Positions 39,070-50,949 of a stretch of DNA of 64,000 nt are shown here, piece by piece. Numbering within the stretch: the stretch's first letter is position 1; every line of letters starts with the position of its first letter. Location of the stretch: positions 356,934,001 to 356,998,000 of the forward strand of contig OZ024743.1 of NCBI GenBank assembly GCA_964016885.1. Direction: 5' to 3'. The notes under the pieces were generated by a model. The model did not search any database. It was not told where the DNA came from and worked only from the letters and a program-made list of their open reading frames with translations. This DNA comes from Eledone cirrhosa. Its lineage: Eukaryota. A program made the position numbers and the translations under genes.

Positions 39070-39680
39070 AGAAACAAACAACCTGGATCGCAGCATACAG
39101 TGACTCGTTCTCCGCCCCAACATGCAATGCGGAGGAGAGGAAGATACTCAAATACCGAGTCTTAACAGACCGCTTCTTCTTCGCATCCTTGGTCTCTGTT
39201 AAGACCACTGGCATCCTTGGTCTCCACACTACTGATTTCTTCCGTGAAGTCGGAAAGACGATGGCCCGGTTGAAGAGGGAACCCTCGTGAGGCGGAGTGG
39301 CAGTTGCAGCGGGTGTCTCTGGCCATTCTCCGCGGTAACACCTTTGCCATTTTGTCCGCGGGGCACGGCACAGCACCAACTGGGATATAGTGTCTGTCCC
39401 CCACCCCCTCTCATTTTCTTTCGTCGTTTGATCCTGTTTCTTTTTCTTCTTATTTCCTTCCTTTGCTTTCCTTTTTTTTGTTCCCTTTAATAGTGTGTTT
39501 AGATTCTTCCTCTATGTCTCTCTCTCATTTCCTCTCTGGAGGAAATCTCTGGAGGAAATCTACTGTACTCAGACCTGGAGATGGATGGGCTCCGCCAGGC
39601 TTAAAATACCCGAGACACGCCGTATATCAATATGGCGCCCCTACGACTCTATCAGGAGTTACGGGACTGTACATACATTC
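39070..39680 (+). mobile_element. 3' fragment of a CRE-clade (restriction-like endonuclease) non-LTR retrotransposon
   Basis: 39129-39390 translates, with a frameshift, to AEERKILKYRVLTDRFFF..VKTTGILG..FFREVGRR / PREAEWQLQRVSLAILRGNTFAILS..*; 3'UTR follows. Confidence 0.8.
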
Positions 39681-40064
39681 ATTTGTTTTTATTAGATACT
39701 GTTCAATAATTTTTATATAATGTTGATGGTTTTTCATGACATTGTGAGATTTTGTATATTGAAAAAATAACAAAACCAAACAAAAAAAATACTGTATTAA
39801 TGAAGCTGTCTGAAGCCGAAGGAAAAGGAAGGGGTGTAAGAGATAACCAGTGTTGGTGGGGTGAGTTAAGGTGAGGTGAAGAGCAGTGAGGGAGGGGGAC
39901 GATTTAAACATGTTTTCTGGAGTACATCAACGTGACGATAACAATTTGACAGGGAAGCAATAGATATGGGATGGTTTGTGGTGGTGGTGGTGGTGGTGGT
40001 GGTTATTTAGCAGACCTGTGATCAAGGCCATTCCAGTCGCGACCATTATAGGACCACATTCTAG

Positions 40065-40203
40065 CAGAGTTACGTCCCTTTACAGTCTGAGTTCAAATCC
40101 CGCCGAGGTTAACTTTGCCGGTCATCCTTACGGGGGTCGATAAAATAAAGTACTAGTAATGTACTGGTTAATTGCTGGCCTTGTGCCTAAAGTAGAAACA
40201 ATT
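40065..40203 (+). mobile_element. 5'-truncated tRNA-derived SINE
   Basis: Consensus match. Confidence 0.85.
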
Positions 40204-40429
40204 ATGTGATAAAAGATATCCTAGCTGTGTCCATCCCGCCTTTTTTTCTGTGCGCAAGAGGAACCTAGGACCACATTATGGGGTAAAAGACACCCCAGTC
40301 TTGACTATCACGTTGCTGTTGGTGTTGGTGGTGATAGTGTTGGTGACGGGGGTGGTTTAAGTATTTGTGTTGATAATGGAGATGTTCGTACTAATTGGGG
40401 CATTGGCAGTTGTTGTGGTTTTTGTTTGT

Positions 40430-40641
40430 TATGTAGCTTAAGATCAGACCTAATTGAATAGATATTTGATCACAGGCGGTCCAGCCGTAACCACACCGTT
40501 GATTAATTAAAAACAATGTCTCTCGGGCCACATTATCCAAAGTATTCTGCCTTCTTTTAAGACATTAGGCTGTGATTCGAAGGAGATTTGGCTGCTACTT
40601 CTAGCAGGTCAAATCTCCTTGTAGAGGCTACTTCATTGGTT
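40430..40641 (+). repeat. interspersed repeat (related pieces ~37910-38052, 38940-39030, 40000-40060)
   Basis: Shared ccacattatcc / gtgatt.gaaggagatttggctgcta.ttctagcaggtc. Confidence 0.55.
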
Positions 40642-40670
40642 CAACAATTGTAGTGTTGTGCAATGGTAGA

Positions 40671-43600
40671 GTAAGGGTGGTGGTTATGGTTGTAGTAGTT
40701 AGGGTTGAGGTAATGGCTATAGTAGTTAGGGTTGTAGTAGTTAGGGTTGTGGCTATGGTTGTAGTAGTTAGGGTGGGTGGCTATGGTTGTAGTAGTTAGG
40801 ATTGTGGTTATGGTTGTAGTAGTTAGAGTGGTGGCTATGGTTGTAGTAGTTAGGGTTGTGGTTATGGTTGTAGTAGTTAGAGTGGTGGCTATGGTTGTAG
40901 TAGTTAGGGTGGTGGCTATGGTTGTAGTAGTTAGTGTGGTGGCTATGGTTGTAGTAGTTAGTGTGGTGGCTATGGTTGTAGTAGTTAGTGTGGTGGTTAT
41001 GGTTGTAGTAGTTAGGGTGGTGGCTATGGTTGTAGTAGTTAGTGTGGTGGCTATGGTTGTAGTAGTTAGGGTGGTGGCTATGGTTGTAGTAGTTAGTGTG
41101 GTGGCTATGGTTGTAGTAGTTAGAGTGGTGGCTATGGTTGTAGTAGTTAGGGTGGTGGTTATGGTTGTAGTAGTTAGGGTGGTGGTTATGGTTGTAGTAG
41201 TTAGGGTGGTGGTTATGGTTGTAGTAGTTAGGGTGGTGGTTATGGTTGTAGTAGTTAGGGTGGTGGCTATGGTTGTAGTAGTTAGTGTGGTGGCTATGGT
41301 TGTAGTAGTTAGAGTGGTGGCTATGGTTGTAGTAGTTAGGGTGGTGGCTATGGTTGTAGTAGTTAGTGTGGTGGCTATGGTTGTAGTAGTTAGTGTGGTG
41401 GTTATGGTTGTAGTAGTTAGGGTGGTGGCTATGGTTGTAGTAGTTAGGGTGGTGGTTATGGTTGTAGTAGTTAAGGTGGTGGCTATGGTTGTAGTAGTTA
41501 GGGTGGTGGCTATGGTTGTAGTAGTTAGGGTGGTGGTTATGGTTGTAGTAGTTAGGGTTGTGGTAATGGTTGTAGTAGTTAAGGTGGTGGCTATGGTTGT
41601 AGTAGTTAGGGTGGTGGCTATGGTTGTAGTAGTTAGGGTGGTGGTTATGGTTGTAGTAGTTAGGGTTGTGGTAATGGCTGTAGTAGTTAGGGTTGTGGTT
41701 ACGGTTGTAGTAGTTAAGGTGGTGGCTATGGTTGTAGTAGTTAGGGTGGTGGCTATGGTTGTAGTAGTTAGGGTGGTGGTTATGGTTGTAGTAGTTAGGG
41801 TTGTGGTAATGGCTGTAGTAGTTAGGGTTGTGGTTATGGTTGTAGTAGTTAAGGTGGTGGTAATGGTTGTAGTAGTTAGGGTTGTGGCTATGGTTGTAGT
41901 AGTTAGGGTGGTTGCTATGGTTGTAGTAGTTAGGGTGGTGGCTATGGTTGTAGTAGTTAGGGTTGTGGCTATGGTTGTAGTAGTTAGGGTTGTGGCTATG
42001 GTTGTAGTAGTTAGGGTGGTGGTTATGGTTGTAGTAGTTAGGGTGGTGTCTATGGCTGTAGTAGTTAGGGTGGTGGTTATGGTTGTAGTAGTTAGGGTTG
42101 TGGCTATGGTTGTAGTAGTTAGTGTGGTGGCTATGGTTGTAGTAGTTAGTGTGGTGGTTATGGTTGTAGTAGTTAGTGTGGTGGCTATGGTTGTAGTAGT
42201 TAGGGTTGTGGTTATGGTTGTAGTAGTTAGGGTTGTGGTAATGGCTGTAGTAGTTAGGGTGGTGGTTATGGTTGTAGTAGTTAGGGTTGTGGCTATGGTT
42301 GTAGTAGTTAGTGTGGTGGCTATGGTTGTAGTAGTTAGTGTGGTGGTTATGGTTGTAGTAGTTAGGGTGGTGGCTATGGTTGTAGTAGTTAGGGTGGTGG
42401 CTATGGTTGTAGTAGTTAGGGTGGTGGTTATGGTTGTAGTAGTTAGGGTGGTGGTTATGGTTGTAGTAGTTAGGGTGGTGGTTATGGTTGTAGTAGTTAG
42501 GGTGGTGGTTATGGTTGTAGTAGTTAGGGTGGTGGTTATGGTTGTCGTAGTTAGGGTGGTGGTTATGGTTGTAGTAGTTAGGGTGGTGGCTATGGTTGTA
42601 GTAGTTAGGGTGGTGGTTATGGTTGTAGTAGTTAGGGTGGTGGTTATGGTTGTAGTAGTTAGGGTGGTGGCTATGGTTGTAGTAGTTAGTGTGGTGGTTA
42701 TGGTTGTAGTAGTTAGGGTGGTGGTTATGGTTGTAGTAGTTAGGGTGGTGGTTATGGTTGTAGTAGTTAGGGTGGTGGCTATGGTTGTAGTAGTTAGGGT
42801 GGTGGTTATGGTTGTAGTAGTTAGGGTTGTGGCTATGGTTGTAGTAGTTAGGGTGGTGGCTATGGTTGTAGTAGTTAGGGTGGTGGTTTTGGTTGTAGTA
42901 GTTAGGGTGGTGGTTATGGTTGTAGTAGTTAGGGTGGTGGCTATGGTTGTAGTAGTTAGGGTGGTGGTTATGGTTGTAGTAGTTAGGGTGGTGGTTATGG
43001 TTGTAGTAGTTAGGGTGGTGGTTATGGTTGTAGTAGTTAGGGTGGTGGTTATGGTTGTAGTAGTTAGGGTGGTGGCTATGGTTGTAGTAGTTAGTGTGGT
43101 GGTTATGGTTGTAGTAGTTAGGGTGGTGGTTATGGTTGTAGTAGTTAGGGTGGTGGCTATGGTTGTAGTAGTTAGGGTGGTGGCTATGGTTGTAGTAGTT
43201 AGGGTGGTGGTTATGGTTGTAGTAGTTAGGGTGGTGGCTATAGTTGTAGTAGTTAGGGTGGTGGTTATGGTTGTCGTAGTTAGGGTGGTGGTTATGGTTG
43301 TAGTAGTTAGGGTGGTGACTATGGTTGTAGTAGTTAGTGTGGTGGTTATGGTTGTAGTAGTTAGGGTGGTGGTTATGGTTATAGTAGTTAAGGTGGTGGC
43401 TATGGTTGTAGTAGTTAGGGTGGTGGTTATGGTTGTAGTAGTTAGAGTGGTGGTTATGGTTGTAGTAGTTAGGGTGGTGGTTATGGTTGTAGTAGTTAGG
43501 GTGGTGGTTATGGTTGTAGTAGTAAGGGTTGTGCTTATGGTTGTAGTAGTAAGGGTTGTGGTTATGGTTGTAGTAGTTAAGGTGGTGGTTATGGTTGTAG

Positions 43601-46600
43601 TAGTTAGGGTGGTGGTTATGGTTGTAGTAGTTAGGGTGGTGGTTATGGTTGTAGTAGTTAGGGTGGTGGCTATGGTTGTAGTAGTTAGGGTGGTGGCTAT
43701 GGTTGTAGTAGTTAGGGTGGTGGCTATGGTTGTAGTAGTTAGGGTGGTGGCTATGGTTGTAGTAGTTAGGGTTGTGGCTATGGATGTAGTAGTTATGGTT
43801 GTAGTAGTTAGGGTGGTGGCTATGGTTGTAGTAGTTAGGGTTGTGGCTATGGATGTAGTAGTTATGGTGATGGCTATGGTTGTAGTAGTTAAGGTTGTGG
43901 CTATGGATGTAGTAGTTATGGTTGTAGTAGTTAGGGTTGTGGCTATGGTAGTAGTAGTTAGGGTGGTGGCTATGGTTGTAGTAGTTAGTGTGGTGGTTAT
44001 GGTTGTAGTAGTTAGGGTGGTGGTTATGGTTGTAGTAGTTAGGGTGGTGGCTATGGTTGTAGTAGTTAGGGTGGTGGTTATGGTTGTAGTAGTTAGAGTT
44101 GTGGTTATGGTTGTAGTAGTTAGGGTTGTGGTTATGGTTGTAGTAGTTAGGGTGGTGGTTATGGTTGTAGTAGTTAGGGTGGTGGTTATGGTTGTAGTAG
44201 TTAGGGTGGTGGCTATGGTTGTAGTAGTTAGGGTGGTGGTTATGGTTGTCGTAGTTAGGGTGGTGGTTATGGTTGTAGTAGTTAGGGTGGTGACTATGGT
44301 TGTAGTAGTTAGTGTGGTGGTTATGGTTGTAGTAGTTAGGGTGGTGGTTATGGTTGTAGTAGTTAGGGTGGTGGTTATGGTTGTAGTAGTTAGTGTGGTG
44401 GTTATGGTTGTAGTAGTTAGTGTGGTGGCTATGGTTGTAGTAGTTAGGGTTGTGGTTATGGTTGTAGTAGTTAGGGTGGTGGTTATGGTTGTCGTAGTTA
44501 GGGTGGTGGTTATGGTTGTAGTAGTTAGGGTTGTGGCTATGGTTGTAGTAGTTAAGGTGGTGGCTATGGTTGTAGTAGTTAGGGTGGTGGTTATGGTTGT
44601 AGTAGTTAGAGTGGTGGTTATGGTTGTAGTAGTTAGGGTGGTGGTTATGGTTGTAGTAGTAAGGGTTGTGCTTATGGTTGTAGTAGTAAGGGTTGTGGTT
44701 ATGGTTGTAGTAGTTAAGGTGGTGGTTATGGTTGTAGTAGTTAGGGTGGTGGTTATGGTTGTAGTAGTTAGGGTGGTGGTTATGGTTGTAGTAGTTAGGG
44801 TGGTGGCTATGGTTGTAGTAGTTAGGGTGGTGGCTATGGTTGTAGTAGTTAGGGTGGTGGCTATGGTTGTAGTAGTTAGGGTGGTGGCTATGGTTCTAGT
44901 AGTTAGGGTTGTGGCTATGGATGTAGTAGTTATGGTTGTAGTAGTTAGGGTGGTGGCTATGGTTGTAGTAGTTAGGGTGGTGGCTATGGTTGTAGTAGTT
45001 AGGGTTGTGGCTATGGATGTAGTAGTTATGGTTGTAGTAGTTAGGGTGGTGGCTATGGTTGTAGTAGTTAGGGTTGTGGCTATGGATGTAGTAGTTATGG
45101 TGATGGCTATGGTTGTAGTAGTTAAGGTTGTGGCTATGGATGTAGTAGTTATGGTTGTAGTAGTTAGGGTTGTGGCTATGGTAGTAGTAGTTAGGGTGGT
45201 GGCTATGGTTGTAGTAGTTAGTGTGGTGGTTATGGTTGTAGTAGTTAGGGTGGTGATTATGGTTGTAGTAGTTAGGGTGGTGGCTATGGTTGTAGTAGTT
45301 AGGGTGGTGGTTATGGTTGTAGTAGTTAGAGTTGTGGTTATGGTTGTAGTAGTTAGGGTTGTGGTTATGGTTGTAGTAGTTAGGGTGGTGGTTATGGTTG
45401 TAGTAGTTAGGGTGGTGGTTATGGTTGTAATAGTTAGGGTGGTGGTTATGGTTGTAGTAGTTAGGGTGGTGGCTATGGTTGTAGTAGTTAGGGTGTTGGC
45501 TATGGTTGTAGTAGTTAGGGTGGTGGCTATGGTTGTAGTAGTAAGGGTTGTGGCTATGGTTGTAGTAGTTAGGGTTGTGGCTATGGATGTAGTAGTTATG
45601 GTTGTAGTAGTTAGGGTGGTGGCTATGGTTGTAGTAGTTAGGGTGGTGGCTATGGTTGTAGTAGTTAGGGTTGTGGCTATGGATGTAGTAGTTATGGTTG
45701 TAGTAGTTAGGGTGGTGGTTATGGTTGTAGTAGTTAGTGTGGTGGTTATGGTTGTAGTAGTTAGGGTTGTGGTTATGGTTGTAGTAGTTAGGGTGGTGGC
45801 TATGGTTGTAGTAGTTAGGGTTGTGGCTATGGATGTAGTAGTTATGGTTGTAGTAGTTAGGGTGTTGGCTATGGTTGTAGTAGTTAGGGTGGTGGCTATG
45901 GTTGTAGTAGTTAGGGTTGTGGCTATGGATGTAGTAGTTATGGTTGTAGTAGTTAGGGTGGTGGCTATGGTTGTAGTAGTTAGGGTTGTGGCTATGGATG
46001 TAGTAGTTATGGTGATGGCTATGGTTGTAGTAGTTAAGGTTGTGGCTATGGATGTAGTAGTTAGGGTGGTGGCTATGGTTGTAGTAGTAAGGGTTGTGGC
46101 TATGGTTGTAGTAGTTAGGGTTGTGGCTATGGATGTAGTAGTTATGGTGATGGCTATGGTTGTAGTAGTTATGGTTGTAGTAGTTAGGGTTGTGGCTATG
46201 GTAGTAGTAGTTAGGGTTGTGGCTATGGATGTAGTAGTTATGGTGATGGCTATGGTTGTAGTAGTTAAGGTTGTGGCTATGGATGTAGTAGTTATGGTGA
46301 TGGCTATGGTTGTAGTAGTTAAGGTTGTGGCTATGGATGTAGTAGTTAGGGTGGTGGCTATGGTTGTAGTAGTAAGGGTTGTGGCTATGGTTGTAGTAGT
46401 TAGGGTTGTGGCTATGGTTGTAGTAGTAAGGGTTGTGGCTATGGTTGTAGTAGTTAGGGTTGTGGCTATGGATGTAGTAGTTATGGTGATGGCTATGGTT
46501 GTAGTAGTTAAGGTTGTGGCTATGGATGTAGTAGTTATGGTGATGGCTATGGTTGTAGTAGTTAAGGTTGTGGCTATGGATGTAGTAGTTAGGGTGGTGG

Positions 46601-47217
46601 CTATGGTTGTAGTAGTAAGGGTTGTGGCTATGGTTGTAGTAGTTAGGGTTGTGGCTATGGTTGTAGTAGTAAGGGTTGTGGCTATGGTTGTAGTAGTTAG
46701 GGTTGTGGCTATGGATGTAGTAGTTATGGTGATGGCTATGGTTGTAGTAGTTATGGTTGTAGTAGTTAGGGTTGTGGCTATGGTAGTAGTAGTTAGGGTT
46801 GTGGCTATGGATGTAGTAGTTATGGTGATGGCTATGGTTGTAGTAGTTAAGGTTGTGGTTATGGATGTAGTAGTTATGGTGATGGCTATGGTTGTAGTAG
46901 TTATGGTTGTAGTAGTTAGGGTTGTGGCTATGGTAGTAGTAGTTAGGGTGGTGGCTATGGTAGTAGTAGTTATGGTTGTAGTAGTTAGGGTTGTGGCTTT
47001 GGTAGTAGTAGTTAGGGTTGTAGTAGTTAGGGTTGTGGCTATGGTAGTAGTAGTTAGGGTTGTGGCTATGGATGTAGTAGTTATGGTGATGGCTATGGTT
47101 GTAGTAGTTATGGTTGTAGTAGTTAGGGTGGTGGCTATGGTAGTAGTAGTTAGGGTTGTGGCTATGGTAGTAGTAGTTAGGGTTGTGGCTATGGTAGTAG
47201 TAGTTAGGGTTGTGGTT
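40671..47217. repeat. 27-bp tandem satellite ATGGTTGTAGTAGTTAGGGTGGTGGYT, ~6.5 kb
   Basis: 9-codon periodicity. Most units contain TTAGGG. 15-bp and 9-bp sub-unit variants increase rightwards. Confidence 0.97.
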
Positions 47218-47566
47218 GAAAATAAACGTCAAAAGCAGAGTTGAAATCTCAGGTCCGCCCTTCCTCTATCTCTCACAATAATTTTTACTATATCCTCTCC
47301 CCTCTTCGGCCGATACTCTCCCCACACTTTTCCTCTTACTCTCTCCTTCTTTAATCATTCCTTTCCTTCCTTCTCTCTCTCTTCTCCCCCTCTCTCTCTC
47401 CCTCTGTCTCTCTCGCTCTCGATCATATATCAGTGTCACTTTATCAACGGCATCCCTGACGCCAAAGCAATCTTGTCACTCAGTCATCCATCTCATCTGA
47501 CTGCTTCAAACCACTCATGTCATGTGACTACCCACTCACACACCCAACCACCTCCTCCTCATCCTC

Positions 47567-47748
47567 CTACTACTACTACCACCACCACCACTACTACTAC
47601 TACTACCACCACCACCACCACCACCACTACTACTACCACCACCACCACCACCACTACTACTACCACCACCACCACCACTACTACTACTACCACCACCACC
47701 AGCACTACTACTACTACTACTACCACTACTACTAATACTACTACCACC

Positions 47749-47783
<35 letters not shown>

Positions 47784-47790
47784 CACTACC

Positions 47791-47827
<37 letters not shown>

Positions 47828-47856
47828 TCACTACTACTACTACTATCACTACCACC

Positions 47857-47906
<50 letters not shown>

Positions 47907-47913
47907 TACTACC

Positions 47914-47987
<74 letters not shown>

Positions 47988-47995
47988 CACTACTA

Positions 47996-48061
<66 letters not shown>

Positions 48062-48243
48062 TCACCACCACCACCACCACCACCACCACCACTACTACTA
48101 CTACTATTACCACCACCACCACCACCACCACTACTACTACTACTACTACCATCACTACCACCACCACCACCACTAATACTACTACCACCACCACCACCAC
48201 CACCACCACCACCACTACTACTACTACTACCACCATCACTACC

Positions 48244-48284
<41 letters not shown>

Positions 48285-48352
48285 CACCACCACTACTACT
48301 ACTACTACTACCACCATCACTACCACCACCACCACCACTACTACTACTACTA
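47567..48352. repeat. (ACT/ACC)n trinucleotide repeat
   Basis: Direct inspection. Confidence 0.95.
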
Positions 48353-48483
48353 ATATTCTTTCCATATCTCCTTTCGTTACATCTCTATTATATCATCTCG
48401 TACTCTATCGTACTCAATCGCCGGTATTACATCACCACCTCAAGTCTCCATTTCATTACCAGCCCCCTATTATTTGTTATGTA

Positions 48484-48668
48484 GGCGGTGGATTGGCAGC
48501 ATCGGTAGAGGGTCGGACGCCATGCTTTCCAGCATAGTTACGTCCCTTTACGATCTAAGTTCAAATCCCGCCGAGGTTGACTTTGCCTTTCATCCTTACG
48601 GGGTCGATAAAATAAAGTACCAGTAATGCACTGGTTAATTGCTGGCCTTGTGCCAAAAGTAGAAACAA
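48484..48668 (+). mobile_element. full-length SINE with TSD
   Basis: Consensus match; attatttgttatgtag on both sides, repeated again downstream. Confidence 0.9.
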
Positions 48669-48764
48669 TTATTTGTTATGTAGAAACAATTATTTGTTAT
48701 GTTAAATAAAGAGATACTACTACTGAAGATTTCTTTATATATATATACATACATATATATATAT

Positions 48765-49220
48765 ATTGTTATACTTTGGGAGGGTCATGTTGCCAATAAG
48801 AAACACACGCACCAGTAACTTTCACTCCAATTTATTATAAATTAAATTTATAAATTAAATTTATAAATTGTAAATTTCCGGTTGGTTGGTTGGTTGGTTC
48901 CACAACCGGACCGTTGTTCATATATTGTCAAAGTTTCGTCACACATTCAGTGACCTCTTCAGTCATTGAATGTGTGACGAAAGAACTTTGACAATATATG
49001 AACAACGGTCCGGTTGTGGAACCAACCAACCAACCGGAAATTTACAAATTTCTTAAATTTATAAATTTAATTTATAAACTTAATTTATAATAAATTGGAG
49101 TGAAAGCTACTGGTGCGTGTGTTTCTTATTGGCAACATGACCCTCCCAAAGTATAACAATATCGGTTTCAATACACGTTTTCAGATAAAGAATCTTGCTA
49201 AACAAATTCAGAAACGAAAT
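48765..49220. mobile_element. fold-back pLTR-like element (family of 3452-3775)
   Basis: Arms ~48765-48949 and 48967-49162. The fold centre interrupts the HHR (core at 48927-48962 on -). Confidence 0.75.
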
Positions 49221-49236
49221 ATATATACATATACAT

Positions 49237-49352
49237 AATTGTTTCTACTTTTGGCACAAGGCCAGCAAATACCAGTACATTACTGGTACTTTATTTTATC
49301 GACCCCGTAAGGATGAAAGGCAAAGATGACCTCGGCGGGATTTGAACTCAGA
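49237..49352 (-). mobile_element. 5'-truncated SINE
   Basis: Consensus match. Confidence 0.85.
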
Positions 49353-49374
49353 AGGGAAACGGCCGTTATACATA

Positions 49375-49628
49375 ATGGTACTCCATCGGTTAGGAGACTG
49401 CTTGTTAAGTTAACGTGCAAGTGGCTGAGCATTCTACAGATACACGTACCCTTAACGTAGCTCTCAGGGACATTCAGCGTGACACAGAATCTAACAAAGC
49501 TGGCCCTTCGAATTACAGGTACAACTCAATTTTGCCAGATGAATGAATTAGGGAACGTGAAATAAAGTGTCTTGCTCAAGGACAACGCACCGCATGGAAT
49601 CAAACACACGATCGTAAGTTCCGAAACC

Positions 49629-49630
<2 letters not shown>
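49375..49630 (-). mobile_element. CORE-type SINE
   Basis: Reverse complement contains gtccttgagcaagacactttatttcac and the shared body. Confidence 0.75.
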
Positions 49631-49717
<87 letters not shown>

Positions 49718-49740
49718 ATAAGAAACGAATAAGATTTATT

Positions 49741-49837
49741 AGACATATTACAATCGTTTCTCTGGCGACCAGCTCGAGGCACGATCGATGCAGTGATCAA
49801 ACCTGACCCTGAAATCGCAAGATCCTCGGATATGTCT
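49741..49837 (-). ncRNA. hammerhead variant with C4 core and extended stem II loop
   Basis: AGACAUAU-CCGAGGA-UCUuGCGA(~55 nt)UCGCcAGA-GAAA-C(GAUU)G-UA^-AUAUGUCU. Confidence 0.7.
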
Positions 49838-49867
49838 CGATTCTACGAAGCAGAGTTTCCACACCAA

Positions 49868-49937
<70 letters not shown>

Positions 49938-49938
<1 letters not shown>

Positions 49939-50223
49939 AAAGTTCTATTTAAATTGTTGGGATACAACAAGCAAATATTTTTATAACTGATATAAAGCAC
50001 TTGACAAGTATTTGGAGTAAATATACTATATTAATAAATGATGTCTTCCAAAAGTAACGAGTAACGGTCGCATTTTGAAAGGGTACGTCAATGTTTATTT
50101 ATAAAACTGGTATATATTGTATTTTGTATGATGAAGGCATACCATAATTTAACATGGTATCCTTGAAATATGTATAATGAAATAAATATGGTTTTATAAA
50201 TATAGTTTCCATTTATTAATATC

Positions 50224-50225
<2 letters not shown>
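49938..50225. mobile_element. family C HHR element, rearranged
   Basis: Tail matches 11045-11150. HHR at 50121-50183 (+) has C3 changed to A. Confidence 0.7.
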
Positions 50226-50261
<36 letters not shown>

Positions 50262-50269
50262 CTTTTGAA

Positions 50270-50387
50270 GTTCCGATGAGCTGCTCTAATTTAACTAAGT
50301 TAATTATTTTCAACTGAACCAGATCAATAATGATCTATAATCATTTGATCCAGAAACATTATATGGAGTAGCGAAACAATTGTAAAC
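50270..50387 (+). ncRNA. hammerhead variant with C4 core and extended stem II loop
   Basis: GUU-CCGAUGA-GCUGCUCUA(~75 nt)UGGAGUAGC-GAAA-C(AAUU)G-UA^-AAC. Confidence 0.65.
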
Positions 50388-50513
50388 GGACATTATTGTT
50401 ATTAATATTATTATTATTATTCTCTACATTCCTTACATCAAACTAAAATATGTTGACAATCTTTTAATAATGTCTTCCTTGTGAAATTTGTGGTCTTGTT
50501 TTGCTTAACTAAG

Positions 50514-50577
<64 letters not shown>

Positions 50578-50583
<6 letters not shown>

Positions 50584-50650
50584 AAGAAAGATGCTGATGT
50601 TAAATAAATGACTAAACGATTTATGTAACATCAGCATCTTTATTAATGTT
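50578..50650. repeat. hairpin next to (TA)n
   Basis: aacattaa.aaagatgctgatgtta.ataaat / atttat.taacatcagcatcttt.ttaatgtt. Confidence 0.75.
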
Positions 50651-50762
50651 ATTTTTATACTGAATCTCCATCGTAACTACAAACTACGGATGTTGAGAGC
50701 CTTCTCCTACTTGCTCCTGTTTTTACCAAAACAATCTCTTCGGAACATATATATATGAAAAT

Positions 50763-50949
50763 ATTCAGGCCCCCCCCCCCCCCCCGACGGCTGAGCTCCG
50801 GCCGTTCGACAGCTAGATTCGAACTGTTAGGATCTAGCTGTCAAAACGACCGGAGTTCAGCCGTTGGGGTCCTGAATCTTTTCATATTACCCACTCGAGT
50901 ACTCTGGTGCATTATGGTCCACCTGGTATCTTATCACACCATCTTTGTT
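50763..50949. mobile_element. fold-back copy of the 5501-5633 family
   Basis: Arms ~50763-50818 and 50832-50877. Confidence 0.65.

Noticed and set aside
40777-47244. 2155-aa Val-rich ORF and 778-aa His/Asn/Tyr ORF
   Set aside because: Products of the 27-bp satellite. The Val polymer is implausible, and common variants are non-synonymous in the His frame, which also hits a stop at 44896.
47473-48537. Poly-Thr 354-aa ORF
   Set aside because: Pure trinucleotide repeat with a non-ATG start, running into a SINE.
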